From Octopus vulgaris (Eukaryota), in the NCBI GenBank assembly GCA_951406725.2, contig OX597815.1:69068001-69132000 (forward strand): 64,000 nt of DNA. The letters are read 5' to 3'. The notes beneath the pieces are model-generated. The model searched no databases and had not been told where the DNA came from. It saw only the letters and a program-made list of their open reading frames with translations. The number at the start of each line of letters is the position of its first letter. The first letter of the stretch is position 1. The translations under genes were made by a program, and so were the position numbers. Shown here piece after piece: positions 1 to 14,007 of the stretch.

Positions 1-111
1 CCTTGGTTTCTGTTTTATTTGGGATAATATCAGATGTATTTCACTGATGAAATTAGAGTATTTTCTTTCTCTGATATGCTTGTCTTGTTCTGTATTATAT
101 GGTGCATCATA

Positions 112-325
112 TGAACCCTTTTGATACCAACCTGCCAGAAACCACCCCTGATTCTGTGATACAAGCTTCCTGTTTTATTAAAGTGATAGAAATTAAAATC
201 TTCCAGCAGAATTTCATGGTCAGTTATATTTCAAACACTAGCTGCTGGTATTTTATTAATTTTTTTATTATTTTTAAAAGTAATTAAAAGGGATTTCAAC
301 AGAAATATAATAGCAAAAGTGTTAA
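112..325. mobile_element. piggyBac-like MITE (TTAA/CCCTTT termini), family B
   Basis: aacccttttgatacc...tagcaaaagtgttaa; related copies at 34502-34732 and 62202-62681. Confidence 0.55.
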
Positions 326-1516
326 TCATGTACATGTAGCTAATACACACTCATGTAATACATGCATAGTATCTGTTACATAAATGCACACATGCATTCT
401 CAAACACTTTCTCTAGCTTGGACATATGTACACACACATACACACACTGCTTGCCTGCCTATCTTACATGGCTTCTAAAGCTAAGCTTCATTCAGAAACT
501 AATTTCTGTTTGCAGCACAAGGTTTCTGTTTTGCAAAACAAAATATTTGTATTAAGTATGTTCATGATATAAACCAAATGAATAGAATACCTTGATGTTG
601 TAGCTAATACAAAGGTCTACTAATGTGAAAGTGTTTGATATCATCATTGTAAACCACTAATATAAACTATTACTATGATGCTTATACTGAACTGAAGTCT
701 TGTGTTATCACTTACCTAGGACCTTCTTTGTTTACTGCAACTTACTGAATTACACTTTTTTTCTTACTTCATTTTGTTTTTGTAAGTGTCCTGTGTGTTG
801 AAAGAAATCAAAGTGCTATAGGAGAGTGATGTATTCTAGTGATTTTCACAAAGAAAGATCAGCCTCTCTCCCTCCAAATATTTATAAATTCTGTTGCCCT
901 CTTCTCCCTCTTTATCATTAATTATCATCCTCATTATCATTTCATATCCATGTTCCATGGTGGCATGGGTTGGACAGTTTGACAGGATATGACTCATTCT
1001 GGAAATGCCACATACTCTCCTGTTTTCTTTAGCATGGTTTCTGTAGTATGATGCCTGTCCTGCCTAATGCCAACCACTTTACAGTGTGTACTGAGTGATT
1101 TTCTTTTTCATGCTACCAGCACTAGAGTAAATTGTCATGCAGCTGGCAAGACTGAGCCCCCCCCCCCCAAGAGGTAGCTTTATGCTAGGAGGTGAGAGAT
1201 TGAGAGGAGGAGCCAAAACCAAGCAGCTTTCTCACTATAGAGGAGGTATATAACTATTCAAACTGTAGAAGAGAGGGTAAGCGTGAGCGGAATGCAGCTG
1301 GGAAGTGATAAAAATAGTAGGTGGATCCTCAAGGTACAAGATGATTAGAAATAGAAGAACAAGATGTATGGATGAGTAGAGGTTGCAAGAGTGTATGGGG
1401 AATGGGTGAGTGTGAATATGATAAATGAAGAGCAAGAGTTGAGAGGGTATTAATGAAAAGATAAAACAGTTTACATCCACATAATCCTCCTATCTTTGCC
1501 ATAGTATTGAACTTGT

Positions 1517-1745
1517 TTAATTTTTTAGTATTTCAGATTATTCTGTTAAATGTGATGTTTATCTATTTACATTGTTTTGAATTATTCATGCATTATCCCA
1601 TAGCTTCAAAATTTTAATGATGTGATTGCATATTTTTAGAATGACATTGTAGGATAGGTGTAAGAGGCTGGATCTTGTTGATTTGAACATAAAACAGGTA
1701 GAATATTTGGGCTGTATATGGTTGGTTTAAATGCTAAAGTGTTAA
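1517..1745. mobile_element. piggyBac-like MITE, family A
   Basis: TTAA-bounded; same internal sequence as 26237-26464, 47651-47878 and 53876-54106. Confidence 0.6.
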
Positions 1746-4038
1746 GGTTGATAACGATCTTAATTTTATAATGACACCACTTGTTTGACAGTGACACTTA
1801 TTTACAACTGTCACTTGTTGTCAAGACAAGGAGACACAGGTACACACACGATGGTCTTTTTTTCTGTTTCTGTTTACCAGATCCATTCCCAAGATTTTAG
1901 TTAGTCCTGGGCTATAGAAGACACTTGTCCAAGGTCCCATGCAGTGGGACTAGGCTCAAACTGATGTGACTGGGAAGCAAATTTCTAAACGATACAGTCA
2001 TGCCTGTGCCACAGTCTAATAATAGCATTCCATTATAACAGCTGGCAAATAACTTATCTTTTTTTTTTTTTTTGTGGAAGTATATAAATGTGTTTATATA
2101 TAAAAGTCCAACTTCAAGAATAGTATAAACCACATTGAATGAAATGTGTGTGCGTGTATATATATATATATATATATATAAAACTGGCATGAGGCCACAA
2201 ATTTGAAATGAATGGACCTAGTTTGATATTGAACTAACCCCAGTAAATGCTTCATGCCTATCTTAGTCTTTCCCTAGAGGAACAAGCAAAAGTTGATTGC
2301 AGCAACAACTAAGACTGCAGAAATTCCACTGCGCTTCGGTGTGTGTGTGTATATCACATATAGGACATAAGATTCAAGTACTTGACCTAGAAATAATAGT
2401 GATTTAGTAGTTGTTGCAATGGTAGCATTAGTTATTATTGCACTAGCTCTAGAAGTTGGTGGTTTGTGATTGTTGAAGTTGAATAAGCTAAATTGTTTAT
2501 TAGCTTTCAATATATAAAAATTTGAAAGCATTTTCTTCTTCTTACCCCCTCACTACTACTCTCTCTTCCTCTCTTATTTACTAATTCACTGTTTCTCTGT
2601 CTCTCTCTTCCTCATTCTCTCTTTTCTCTTCTCTCTCTCTCTCTCTCTCTCTCTGACATACACACGCATTAATTTCTTGTGTTTCTCTTAGTATACATTT
2701 TTATGAACAAATTATATTTAACATTTTATATTTGTGTGTGTTTCCCGATGTGCTGCACAAAATCTAATTTTGTGCCAACTGACACTTAATTATTAATGTT
2801 TGCACATTCTGGAAAGAAAGCTAATGGAAAAAATACCAAAAAAAAACCTCAACAAATATAATAAATAAAATATTAAGCTAAAATAACCATGCTTTATTTC
2901 TACCACTTCTTCCTCACCCCACCTACTATGTTCTGTTTAGTACATCCTTTAAAACCACATAATCAGATTTAACAAGTGGATTTTTGAATTGGTATCCATC
3001 ATTGATTTTATTTTCAGCAGCCTCATATTTTTTTCTGTAATGACAGGCATTCCATTTCTTTTCCTCCTGTTCCTTTTGAAAATTTATAATTGGGACATTC
3101 TTGCTACTTCATGCATGACTAATTTTCACCCTAAGCTTCAAAGACAAATTGTAGAAACCAACCCTAATGTGATTGTGTGTGTGTGTGTGTGGGGGGGGTA
3201 AGAAGTTCACTTCATTCATAATCATGAAATCTTGGGTTCATTCACATTGATTAGAATCTTAGGCAAGTATCTTTTACCATAGCCGTGGTCAATCAAGCCT
3301 TCTGAATGAAATTGGGAGGCTGGATATTGTATAGAAGTCCACAATATGGACTTTACTGGCAATTAAAAGTCTAACTTTTGTATTATGTATCATCTGCTAG
3401 AGAATCATGCCAGTGGAATACTCATCCACTTACATGCTAATTCATTTAGTAGGTAATTCAGTTGATTTAACAATTGGATGCTCATCTATTGTTCTCAACA
3501 TGGAAGTCATTTATAGTACATGTAGTTTAAGTCTCCTAATTAGGATGGTCAAAGTTGTGCTGTCACTTTGGTGCTGTGGTTTGCATCTGCTATAAACCCT
3601 ATAGCTGTACTATGATCAGATTTTGCAAGTGATGTTACATCTTTATTACTATATCATCAACATTTAATGTCTTTCTTCCATGTTGGTATGGATTCGATGG
3701 TTCAACAGCATATGTTATTTTCCTGTCAACAAATCTTCTGCTGACTGTCTACTTTAAGGATCTGTGAAGTAAGGGACCTATTAATTAAAAGGCAGGTAAA
3801 GGGTAACAACTAGTAGGGCATCTGGCTGTAAACAAAAATGCCTTAATATATTTGTCTAATCCATGCTTGCATGGAAAACCAGGCTGAACCAGAAATTCTG
3901 CAGCTGTGAAGCAATGATTCAGCGATGACTGCTAAGTTCTTGGTATACAATTGGCTTTATAGGCATTTTTAAACTCCTCTGCTTTTGTCTAGAACAAAAT
4001 CATTCAGTAATGTCAGGATTTTTCACTTAAAAAATAGA

Positions 4039-4905
4039 CTGGGTGCAATGGGTAAATTGTCACCATTTTATATTTTTTGTTTCATGCATGTGTAGTGTTT
4101 GTTTTTGATTTTGTTAACTACACAGTATAGTAGAGTCTGTTGGGCACTGTCTGTGAGAAAAACAGCACCATGACGCAATTCACTCTGCCAGACATTTGGA
4201 AACATGTCGTACTGCTTGGCATTTGTGCCAGAAGCTCGAATATGAACATTTCAGAGTGTTTGGGTGTCAATCTGAGGACATGTACTGAGAGTGATAAAAG
4301 TCAAACAGTCACTCAGCATCATGGTGTTTGGAGTGATCATTAGTGATGGCAATGTTATACCTTCATTCACCTTCCCACATGGCCTCAGACTCAACACAGA
4401 AACCAACATCAAGTGCCTGGAGGAGGTAGTGCTGCCCTGGGTCAAGAGGGTGGCTGCTGAAAGACCCTATGTCTGGCAATAGGACTCTGCACCATGCCAC
4501 CAAGTAAGAGAACCCAGTTGTGGTTGTGAGACAGTTTCTACAGCCACATCACCCTTAACATCTGGTTACCTAACTCCCCAGACTGCAACTCCCTTGATTA
4601 TTATGTGTGGGATGCAGTTGAGTGAGAGACCAACAAAACTCCTTGTAACATCAAAGATGAACTGAAGGCAAGGATTGTCAGCAGTCACCAACTTAAACAA
4701 GGAGACCGTCCAACAGAGTTGCAGGAGATTCCGAAGTCGTCTGGAGGCTGTGGTTGAATCCAATGGCAATTTTATTGAATAGGTTTACTCTTTAGTATTT
4801 CAAGATATTTTTATGTCATTTTGGTAAATATATCTGTTAAAATGAGATGTCTGTGTTATTTTCATTTTTGTGTGATTTAGAGGACAATATATTCACTGCA
4901 CCCTG
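4039..4905 (+). mobile_element. Decayed, internally deleted Tc1/mariner transposon, DD37D (maT) type
   Basis: TIRs ctgggtgcaatgggtaaattgtc / gacaatatattcactgcaccctg-TA; remnants MVFGVI...YVWQ*DSAPCH...WLPNSPDCNSLDYYVW with 37 residues between the last two D (allowing one frameshift); stops present. Confidence 0.85.
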
Positions 4906-6699
4906 TATTTACACTATATCTTAATATTATAAAACTGAATGTATGTATGTAGTAAGTTCTTGGCCATAATTTTCTTCCTAAGTTACTAATTTTGTACTGT
5001 GGTTTATTTTTTTTCTCAAGGAGGTTAGGTAGGTTATGTAACTTTTTTTGATTCGTACTATAAACACTAACAAGGTCAGGGACTTGCGTAAGTTAAGATG
5101 TGGCATATATGAATTTCTCTGATACTTTCTCTAACCCTGGCCATGATCAGGTATTGCTACAAATTTATTTATGAAAAATCCACTGATCTTTTAGAAATGA
5201 GTTCTCACTTCACATTTTTAGAAAACCTAGAAACCCTAAGCTTGTCTATTTTTATCTCTGAACTGAAGATAATTCACTAAGCTATTCCTCTACATCTGTT
5301 TACTGGACACCTATCAACTGATTCTGCTAAGCAGTATTCTGTTAGATGCAGTTTTAGTTTAACAAAAACAGTCAGCCGTTCCTCTTGTTTATAACAAGGA
5401 ATATTCAGTTAGTGACATAACTTCTTGCACCACCACCACCACCATAATGTGCTGTAGTTCACTGAAAGCTTTCTTCCTTAAATAACCAATCTTTCTTTTA
5501 TGATAATTGATAATGGAATATAAGTGATAATCTCCAAGAGTTACAGTTTTTCTTCTTTTTAGTATTTATCTACTTTGCATGTGGCACAATTTCCCTTGTG
5601 AGTTGTTTTTCTTCATAAATTCATTATTGTTATAGTGGGGACTCTCAGGTTTGGGATAAAGGGATGATTTTCTTCCAAATTGTCCTTTACTTAGCTCTCT
5701 CATAGATATGTCTCACTGACACAGTTCCAACATCTGCAAGCATAAGTCACCTAATTACTATGTTTAAATCCATGTCCATGTATACAGTGGTTGTAAATGA
5801 GCATCACTGTTATACAAGCAACATTGTTCATTGCCAGTTTTCCATGAAAAACATATTTGATCATATGGAAAAGACCATCTTGCTTTGAAACAACAAATTT
5901 CGTCTGACCCATGCAAACATTGGAACCTGGAAACAATGCGTATGGAAAATAGATCACCTGTAAGGACTTTTGCCATTGCTGTGGTCCAGCCAAGACTACT
6001 TACATGTCCCTCCTGCCTTTTCATTGAACTGACTCTTAGAAGTTTTATATTTGTTGATCAACTACCTTAATTTTCTTAACATCTGGGATCTACAAATGAG
6101 CACCTTTAGCATTTAATCAAAGCCATGTAAAGGAACCCTGTGTGTGTGTGCGTGCGCATGCATGCTTGCACACCCCCAAGTCTTGATGGCATTCATTTCC
6201 AGTCTTCCATGAAATACATGTTTGGCCATGGGAAAATACTACCTTGCTTGGAAACAGGTAAGGGATGGAAACTGGAAGGATATATATCCATAGAAAATCT
6301 GCTTGAACAAATTCCATCTGACCCATGCAAGCATGGAAAAGTGGACAATAAATTGATGTCATAATTTAACATTTACTTTCCATGTTGGCATGCTTTGGTT
6401 CAACAAGATCATGTGTGTGTGTGTGTGTGTGTGTCTGCCTGCATGAAGTTGACATCCTTCAGTGGAGACAAACCAACCTGTCTTTAACTGCAAAAACATC
6501 AGGCACTTGTCGTTTCAAGAAAACATTCCTCCACACCAAATCACAAGCAGTTCTCACTTACAGCCTTCATAGTTGCTCAAGAGGATCCCTCCTAGTGAAA
6601 GTACATCCTTAACATAGCAAGGACCACATGCTAAAGATTGGCCCTTCTCATCAGTGCCAGAAGTATTTCAGTCCCCTCGAGAACTGCTGATATTCCACA

Positions 6700-7100
6700 A
6701 AGCTTGAATGAGGCCCAGAATGGAGTGCTGCTTCTACATCTGGGACAGTGTTGATGATACACACACATACACACCCTGAACTTTATCCACAGACAGGCCA
6801 CTCAACTCATAGGCATTCCATCCTTAACAAACAGATATGCTTTATTTTAGGGTTCACAAGTTTACTGTTTCCTTTCTGTCTTTTCTATTGCAACTGATAG
6901 TCTCTCTTCTGAGCTGACTGGTCTCAGACTTCCATCACTCTTGCATAACTAACCCACTTGTCTTTCCACTACTTCCCTCTCCAGCCTCACACTAACCATT
7001 ATGCCCATTCCTTCTCCCCCCAGAACATCTGTTTACTGAAGTCTCTCTGCTGGTATCTTTCCTGCAGGTGTTGACCTGTTACAGCTTAACATCAATACCA
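6700..7100 (+). mobile_element. Heavily decayed LINE 3' ORF2 remnant (CR1/Jockey-like)
   Basis: Fragments RQATQLIGIPSLTN and CLFYC...SSELTGL resemble the C-terminus of such ORF2 proteins. Confidence 0.35.
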
Positions 7101-8259
7101 TCAATCTCATCGGTTTTGAAGGGTCTTTAAAGGTCATGGCCGCTACCACTTCCTCCAGACTCAGCAAGAACAAAAGCGAGTCTCATATTTGAATTTCACT
7201 TTCTTTAGAATATGTTTTTATTGTTAAAACATCAATTTTTAAACATTAAATTTCAATGCATAATAATAACCATGGTGGAGGTAATACAAAACAAACAACA
7301 TTAGCAGATTCTATTTTATTCTATTGTTCCAATTCATTAAGGAATCTTGATTTGTAAAAATTATAAATTGAGTTGTGACAAGATTCCTATCAGACATTGC
7401 TGCCACCCATTATTGCTCTAATTCCTACCACTGCTGCTGCTGCCGCCAGCCTCTCTTTTACAATCATTAATATTTATATGTTGTTTCCAAAGCTAATATT
7501 ACTGTTGTTGCTATTGCTTTTACTGCTGCAACTAGTGTATCTATTGTCAATACTTTTTACTTTTAAACAGCTCATGGGAAGTTCAATCAATATTAGATAT
7601 ATTCTGACCCAGCTGTTGTTGAAAACTTTCCATCTCGTTGACTGCAGCCTTCTCCAGTAAAAATGGAAGTTAACGGGAAGCATTCAGTGATGTTTGCTCT
7701 GCAGATGCTTGCAGAAATCTGTGTTAGAGAACACGACGAGAAAATAACTTGTTTAAACTGGTTACATCCATATTTACTCTCTTATCCTCTCATCTTAGTT
7801 TTCCTTTTGGTGTAGGGGCAGGGTCAGGAGCATTACTTTTACTTGCAGATCAACTGCATGAATGATTGCACTCAATGGCTTAACCATACTTTACTCAGCA
7901 ATGTTAGTGACAGTAAGTTGTGAAACGGTAGAGGTTTGGCAGTTGATAGTTTTACAAGGCATTAGTTAAGTATCTAATTGTATTAATCAGTGGAGTGCTT
8001 TAGAGAGAGTTTTCTACAATTCTCTTTCATATCTTTTAGGCTCAATGAACTTAAAACCAATATTACAATTGTCTGTTAATGGAAACGTGTTTTATTACAA
8101 AGTAGCAGAAATGCTCTTCATTATTTATTTAGGTTCTTGTTTTCTATGCAGGATTGTATTTAGATTCAACTAGCAGAATGTTGGTGATTATCAAATCACC
8201 TGAGTTGGACACTTTCAAACCACATTGGTTTATGGAGAAAATATTATAGAGATAGTTAC

Positions 8260-8670
8260 AGGTATGGTTGTATGATAAGTTTGCCTCCCAACCACATGGT
8301 TTTGTGTTCAGTCCCACTGTATGGCACCTTGGACAAGTGTCTTCTACTATTGCCCCAGGTTGACTGAAGTCTTGTGAGTGGATTTGGTAGACAGAAACTG
8401 AAGGAACCTATCATATATGTGTGTGTATGTTATTGTCTCTTTACCTTGACATTGCATAATAGCTGTAAATGAGTGTCATTGTTATGCTAATGATGTCATT
8501 CATTTCCAATCTTCCATTAAAACATCTTTGGTCATGGGGAAATATTATCTTACTTGGAAATAAGTGAGGGTTGGCAATAGGAAGGGCATCTGGTCTTAGA
8601 AAATCTGCCTCAAAAAATTCCATCTGACTCATGCAAGCATGGAAAAGAATGGATGTTAAAACGATGATTG
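8260..8670 (+). mobile_element. tRNA-derived SINE, head + microsatellite + RTE-like 3' tail (representative copy)
   Basis: Head ...ccaaccacatggtt..gttcagtcccactg..ggcaccttgg; tail ...ggaagggcatc...catgcaagcatggaaaa...gatga. Similar copies at about 12440-12900, 20580-20960, 26798-27230, 44112-44545, 54935-55280, 62900-63260 (+) and 1790-2010 (-). Confidence 0.8.
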
Positions 8671-8778
8671 TTTCTATGTGATAACTTACAATACAGATTT
8701 TTGGAAATATCACATTAAGTATTATTACCTTGCATTTGAATTATGCAATACAAACAGCTCTTGATTAAAGTCTTTATT

Positions 8779-8943
8779 TTATATAACAAACTTAACATGT
8801 GTATCACTGAAAAGCCAGAAGCTGCAATTTTTATATGAGAGAAATTCCCAGCACAATACGTCTATAAAAAGATTAGATTTTTTTCCCAAACAGAATTGCA
8901 GCTTTTAGCTTTTAAACAATGCACATGTTAAGTATGCTATAAA
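8779..8943. repeat. Degenerate inverted repeat / small MITE
   Basis: acttaacatgtgta..aaaagccagaagctgcaatt mirrored by aattgcagcttttagctttt..tgcacatgttaagt. Confidence 0.65.
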
Positions 8944-11311
8944 TTTACTACCTTATATGTATAACAAGCAAAGATACACTACCTTACAAATATAACAAGC
9001 AAAGTAATGAGAGTCGTTTGCCTTGATGAGGTTTCTTAATTTAAGCATGAAGCAATAAATGTATCCCAGTATTGAAGGGCAAAACTGCCAAAAATTTGTT
9101 GGAGTGTGTTCTTGGCTGAGGTCCTAAAATATATAACCATTCCTACATTTATTTATTCTTTTGCATCAGTTTCATGTGAAAGTCAACAAATTTGATTCTA
9201 TGTCTGTGTGCTCATATCTAGAGTTGGACTTGTGCAATATTAATTATATTCATTATTAAATTGTCTCTGAGTGCTTCTTCTTGATAATTTGGTGTAGCTG
9301 TGTGTTTTCACTTTATGTATATATTACACTGTTATACATATTAGTGAAGGCTTGTGGCTAAGTGGTTAGTGTTGATGTCATGATCATAAGGTTGTAGGTT
9401 CAATTCTTGGTCTGGGTAATGTGTTATGCCTTTCAGCAAGGAACTTCATATTGTACCATTTTACTCAGCTGAAAATAAGTACCAGCTGGCTATTGGTGTA
9501 CCTCTTCCCTCTCCCTTTTTCCAGCGGTCACATCCTCAATATTCCACTCGGTCAAGGCTGGGAGGCTCCAACAGAATGTCATAACTTCATAGTTACCTTA
9601 AAAAATTAGCAAAAATATGGTACAAGCTACCAAGTTGTACTTGCAAGTGATTCTTGGGAAAGTGTAAGCATCACCATTATTATTTCATGCACCACCTCTC
9701 AATACCTTAAGTGCTACTTTTACTGGCTGTAAAAAAACAATTCAGTAACCTCCACCCCAACAAAGTATTAGCATGGAGTTACAACTGTTATGTCTAGAAA
9801 CATATATTTACAACATATTACTAGATTGCAATTAATACTCCCACTAATTGGCCATGAATCTAATTAATGGTGAACTTATATTTCATGACCACTCTATACT
9901 TATAGTAATTAAAGATACAAAAAAGAAAAATTGAAAGTGTTGGTCAAAGAATTCCAAAAGTGGTAATTATTCACTTTTAATTAAATAATTTTCTCTTTCC
10001 AGATTGGTAAAATGTTTGACAGTTTATTATTTAATCTGTTGTTCAGAATTTACAATCATTGTATGTATGGGAGTGGTGGTGGGCATTTAACCAACAAACT
10101 ACTCAATTACTTCACCTTATCGTAGGGGGATTTCTTTTCTATTTGTTCTTTCTTTTATCTTTTACTTTTTCATTCATTGGACTATGGCCATGCTGGGGCA
10201 CCACCTTGAAGGATTTTAGTCAAATAAATCACTCCCAGTACTTAGTGTTTTTTTTTTAAAGTTTGGTGTTTATTCTGTTAGTCATTTTGGCTGAGCTGCC
10301 ATGTGGATGTAAACAAACCAACATTGGTTGTCAAATGATGAGGAGGTGTGACAAACACAGATACAAAGACCACACACACACACACATGCACACCCGTGCA
10401 CAATGAGCTTCCACACAATTTGTTTACTAAAGTCATTCACAAATCATCAGTTTGCCCAGAGCTATAGTAGAAGATATTTGCCCAAGGTGTTGTACAGTGT
10501 GACTAAACCCAAAAAAAAAAAGCATTTAGTTGCAAAGCAAGCCTCTTAACCACACAGCCATGCCAGTGCCTTTGGTTAACAATATACACAGGTAGAATCA
10601 TTGAACCATACCCCTCCTCTCCCTCCCACCCATCCTTTCTCTTTCTAGTAACCTATGTAACCAGTTGAGAAACAACAAAAATAAATGAGATCAGTGCTAT
10701 TTCTTATAATTACATCTCCACACATTATAATGGATTTCTATTCTTGTAGTTCATATGCAAAGCTTACAGAACCAACTGAATTTGTTAGTATTACCTGAAG
10801 CATCTACCCTCATTATCTTTATTGGATCAATATGTTATATATATATATATATATATATGAGAGATAAACCTGTCTTTTTTGAGCAGTTTGAATTTGCAAT
10901 GTCTGCAAGTATTTATGATGAGTAGCAGCTTTGACAGAAACCTAGAGCTGTAATTATTGATTTGAGTAATGTCAAATTATATCTACTATTTATCCACTTA
11001 GTTGTAGTATTGAAATTGTATTTGTTTGTCATGACATTTGATGGATATTAAAGCATGAGTTGTTGATAAGGCTCCATATATATATCATCATCATGGCATG
11101 ACTGGAACTCAGACTGAAAGGAGCTACAAGAAATGCCACTGAGTATTTTGTCCAATACGCTTATTCTGCCAGTTATCTGCTTTGTTTAATTTATTGCAAT
11201 GTTTTATTTCATATGCTAGTATTAATGTCATTTGATCCATTTGTAATATAAATATATCTATATACATATATACTCACAGACAAGCTAAAAAGTTACTTTT
11301 GTTTCTTTCAG

Positions 11312-11396
11312 TGATCCATATGTTCGGATTACTTTGTACAGAGGAGACCGGGAAGATGGTATTATCGATGTCACACAAACAAAAACAAAGAAAAAA
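11312..11396 (+). CDS. NEDD4: NEDD4-family E3 ligase exon, C2 domain: (S)DPYVRITLYRGDREDGIIDVTQTKTKKK
   Basis: tttctttcag acceptor, gtaagt donor, phase 2/0; matches the NEDD4/NEDD4L C2 motif SDPYV...QTKTIKK. Confidence 0.93.
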
Positions 11397-11621
11397 GTAA
11401 GTTTCTAAATAATATTCTAGTCATTGTTCTCTATCATATACACACACACACATACATACATACAGATATATATATATTTATATATATATAACATTTGGGT
11501 ATTCACATTGTATGCCATTTAAAGCCCATTCACTGTATTCAGTTACCTGATGTCAACAACAGTATGGATGTAAATGCCACTGGATATACTTCAGGGATTC
11601 CTTCATGTCTGTAAAGTTTAT

Positions 11622-11935
11622 AAAATATGAGAGAAAGAAAATGGAATTCATTACTGTAATTCGCTATGATCATTCCAACCCATCGTTCACCTGTGCCCTG
11701 CAGGTGAGATACTGTACAAGCAGTTGTGGTGCATCATACATGCAGATGTGTCTCCTCCAGTGACTTGTCAAAAGGTACTTCGTTCTTTAACCTCTATTTT
11801 GCTTATTTTGGTCAGAATACATTTTGGTAGTTGTAGTTTGCTACTCATCTACAGGAGAAACTGGATACATGAAGGGTCAAAATGCTTGTAATGAATAATA
11901 GTCTCATGAATTCCATTTTCTTTCTCCCATATTTT
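11622..11935. mobile_element. MITE-like element with ~30-bp terminal inverted repeats
   Basis: aaaatatgagagaaagaaaatggaattcat ... atgaattccattttctttctcccatatttt. Confidence 0.65.
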
Positions 11936-13159
11936 GCGCATGTGTGTGCACATACACACGCATACACACACACACGCATACACACACACTATTGTTTCAG
12001 TTGGACAATAAACATTGAAACTGGGAAACTTGTTGAATTTGAAATTAGGTAAGTAGAATAAATGAGCTCCAGCAGCTCATTTGTTATACTTCTCTCGTTC
12101 TGATGAGCTGACAGTCGTTGCTGTCACTGTTTTTTTAATTGCATGCTGAGAAGAAAGCTCTAACAAACAATATGCAAATGTCCAAAATATATTTATATAT
12201 CATTCCATCCATACTATTATACAAACACACACACACACATCTAATTATAAATATTTATAATGGTATTTATGGTTTTTAAAAGCTGCTGATGGTTGACCTC
12301 AGTTTTGCTGTACATTCTAAAACATTTTGGCCAACAATTCTCTTTCTCCTGTTTTGAACAGATGTGTGACTATAGTTAACAAATGCCACATTTATATGTG
12401 ATCAGTTTCTGAAATTGTACATTAAGAGTCAGAGGCACAGGCAGACAATGCTGTGTGATTAAGATTGCTTCCCAACCATATGGTTTTTGGTTCAGTCCCA
12501 TTATATAGCATTTTGGACAAATCTCTTCTATTATAGCCCAAGACCAACCAAAGCCTTGCAAATGGATTAGGTTAATGGAAACTGAAAGAAGCTCATTACA
12601 TGCATGTGCGTGCACTTTCCGCGCACACATGTGGGTGTGTGAGATTGTATGTTTGTGACTCTTTGTCTTGACATTGTATGATTTGTTGTAAATGAGTGTC
12701 ACTGACATATAAGCAGTGTCATTCATTATCATCATAATTATTTCCAGTAATCTGCACAAGTCTGGCCATGGGGAAATATTTACCTTGCTTGTGACAGTTG
12801 GCAACAGGAAAAGCATCTGACTATAGAAAATCGGTCTCAATAAATTCCAGCTGACCTATGAAAACATGGAAATATTGGACATTAAAATAATAATGATCAT
12901 TATCTCCCAATTACTTTGATCTGTTCAATCCAGGATTAATTTCAGATGTATTCTATTCTTGTATGTTTTATACTTATTCACATCACTTTAATTTAGTTCA
13001 TCCTCCACAATCTGAATTGCTAAGAGACATTTAAGATAATCCTTGCTATCTCCATTATCCACAACCTACACAACTGCAGTGCTCTACTAACTTCTGTACA
13101 AAAAGCCAGAGTCTTTGGTTGTTTTTATTAGTTGTTTTATCTGACCTTTCCTCTCTCTG

Positions 13160-13584
13160 AAAATAGAAATAATACATTTTTAAATCACTCAGAGAGATTT
13201 GTGCAGTAGAGCATGATAAAGTGATTGTATGTTGTCAACTTAATGTGACAGTCCCATGAAAGGGAAGAATGCTACTGTTATTTAGCCCTAGGAAACACTG
13301 TTTCCTGTTGGACTTGACACATTTCCCGTGTCCTTACGTTTTCAAAGTGAAGATAATCACCTCAACCCAGAGGAGCCAGCATCCAGAGACTAGATGAGTA
13401 ATGACTCTGAAACAAGTCTCTGAGTGCTGGCTTTGCTGGGTGGAGGTGCTTTGCTTTGAAAACATAAAGACACAGGACACGTGTCAATTCCAACAGGAAA
13501 TGGTGCTTCTTAGGGCTAAATAACAGTAGCATTCTTCCCTTTCATGGGACTGTCACATTAAGTTGACAACATACAATCACTTTC
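13160..13584. mobile_element. Fold-back retrozyme/Penelope-like element, inversion point inside a truncated hammerhead
   Basis: ~170-bp arms (13218-13390 vs ~13415-13584); centre AGA-TGAG-taatga-CTCT-GAAA-caaGTC; homologous to 30362-30962. Confidence 0.75.
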
Positions 13585-13960
13585 TTTAATCAGAAACAGG
13601 CCCATATCTTGAAGATGTCTTTATCGTTAAACCTATTCAATATCAACTCACCGGAGACTGTCCCTGGATCTATGATATAAACTTTGTTTTAAATAATCTA
13701 AATTATAGATGCAGGTATGGCTGGGTTGTAAGAAGCTTGCTTCCCAACCATATGGTTCTGTATTCATTTCCACTGTGTGGGATATACATATATATACACA
13801 CACACACACATATAGATATATACATACATATATACATATATATATATACACCACACACTTACACATATATATACATTAAGGAAATGAGGTACTCAGAAAT
13901 CTGGATGATTTTATATTTACAGATATTTATTTGTATGTTACATGTTTTTATAAATCATAT

Positions 13961-14007
13961 ATCATATTAGCACTTTCATCCACCCTAGTGGAGTTTTCAA
14001 ATAGAAC
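13961..14007 (-). ncRNA. Degenerate minimal type I hammerhead ribozyme, U3-A8 core variant
   Basis: Minus strand GTTCTAT TTGAAAA C-TCCAC TAGG GTGGA-T GAAA GTGC TA ATATGAT. Confidence 0.45.

Noticed and set aside
7663-7760. Possible alternative first coding exon MEVNGKHSVMFALQMLAEICVREHDEKITCLN, phase-compatible with the exon at 11312
   Set aside because: Weak donor (TG|gttaca) and no similarity to the NEDD4 N-terminal C2 strand; unsupported without transcripts
12100-12130. CTGATGAG followed by a hairpin (hammerhead-like)
   Set aside because: No GAAA or helix III after the hairpin
12376-12840. 154-aa minus-strand ORF
   Set aside because: Antisense translation of a SINE copy
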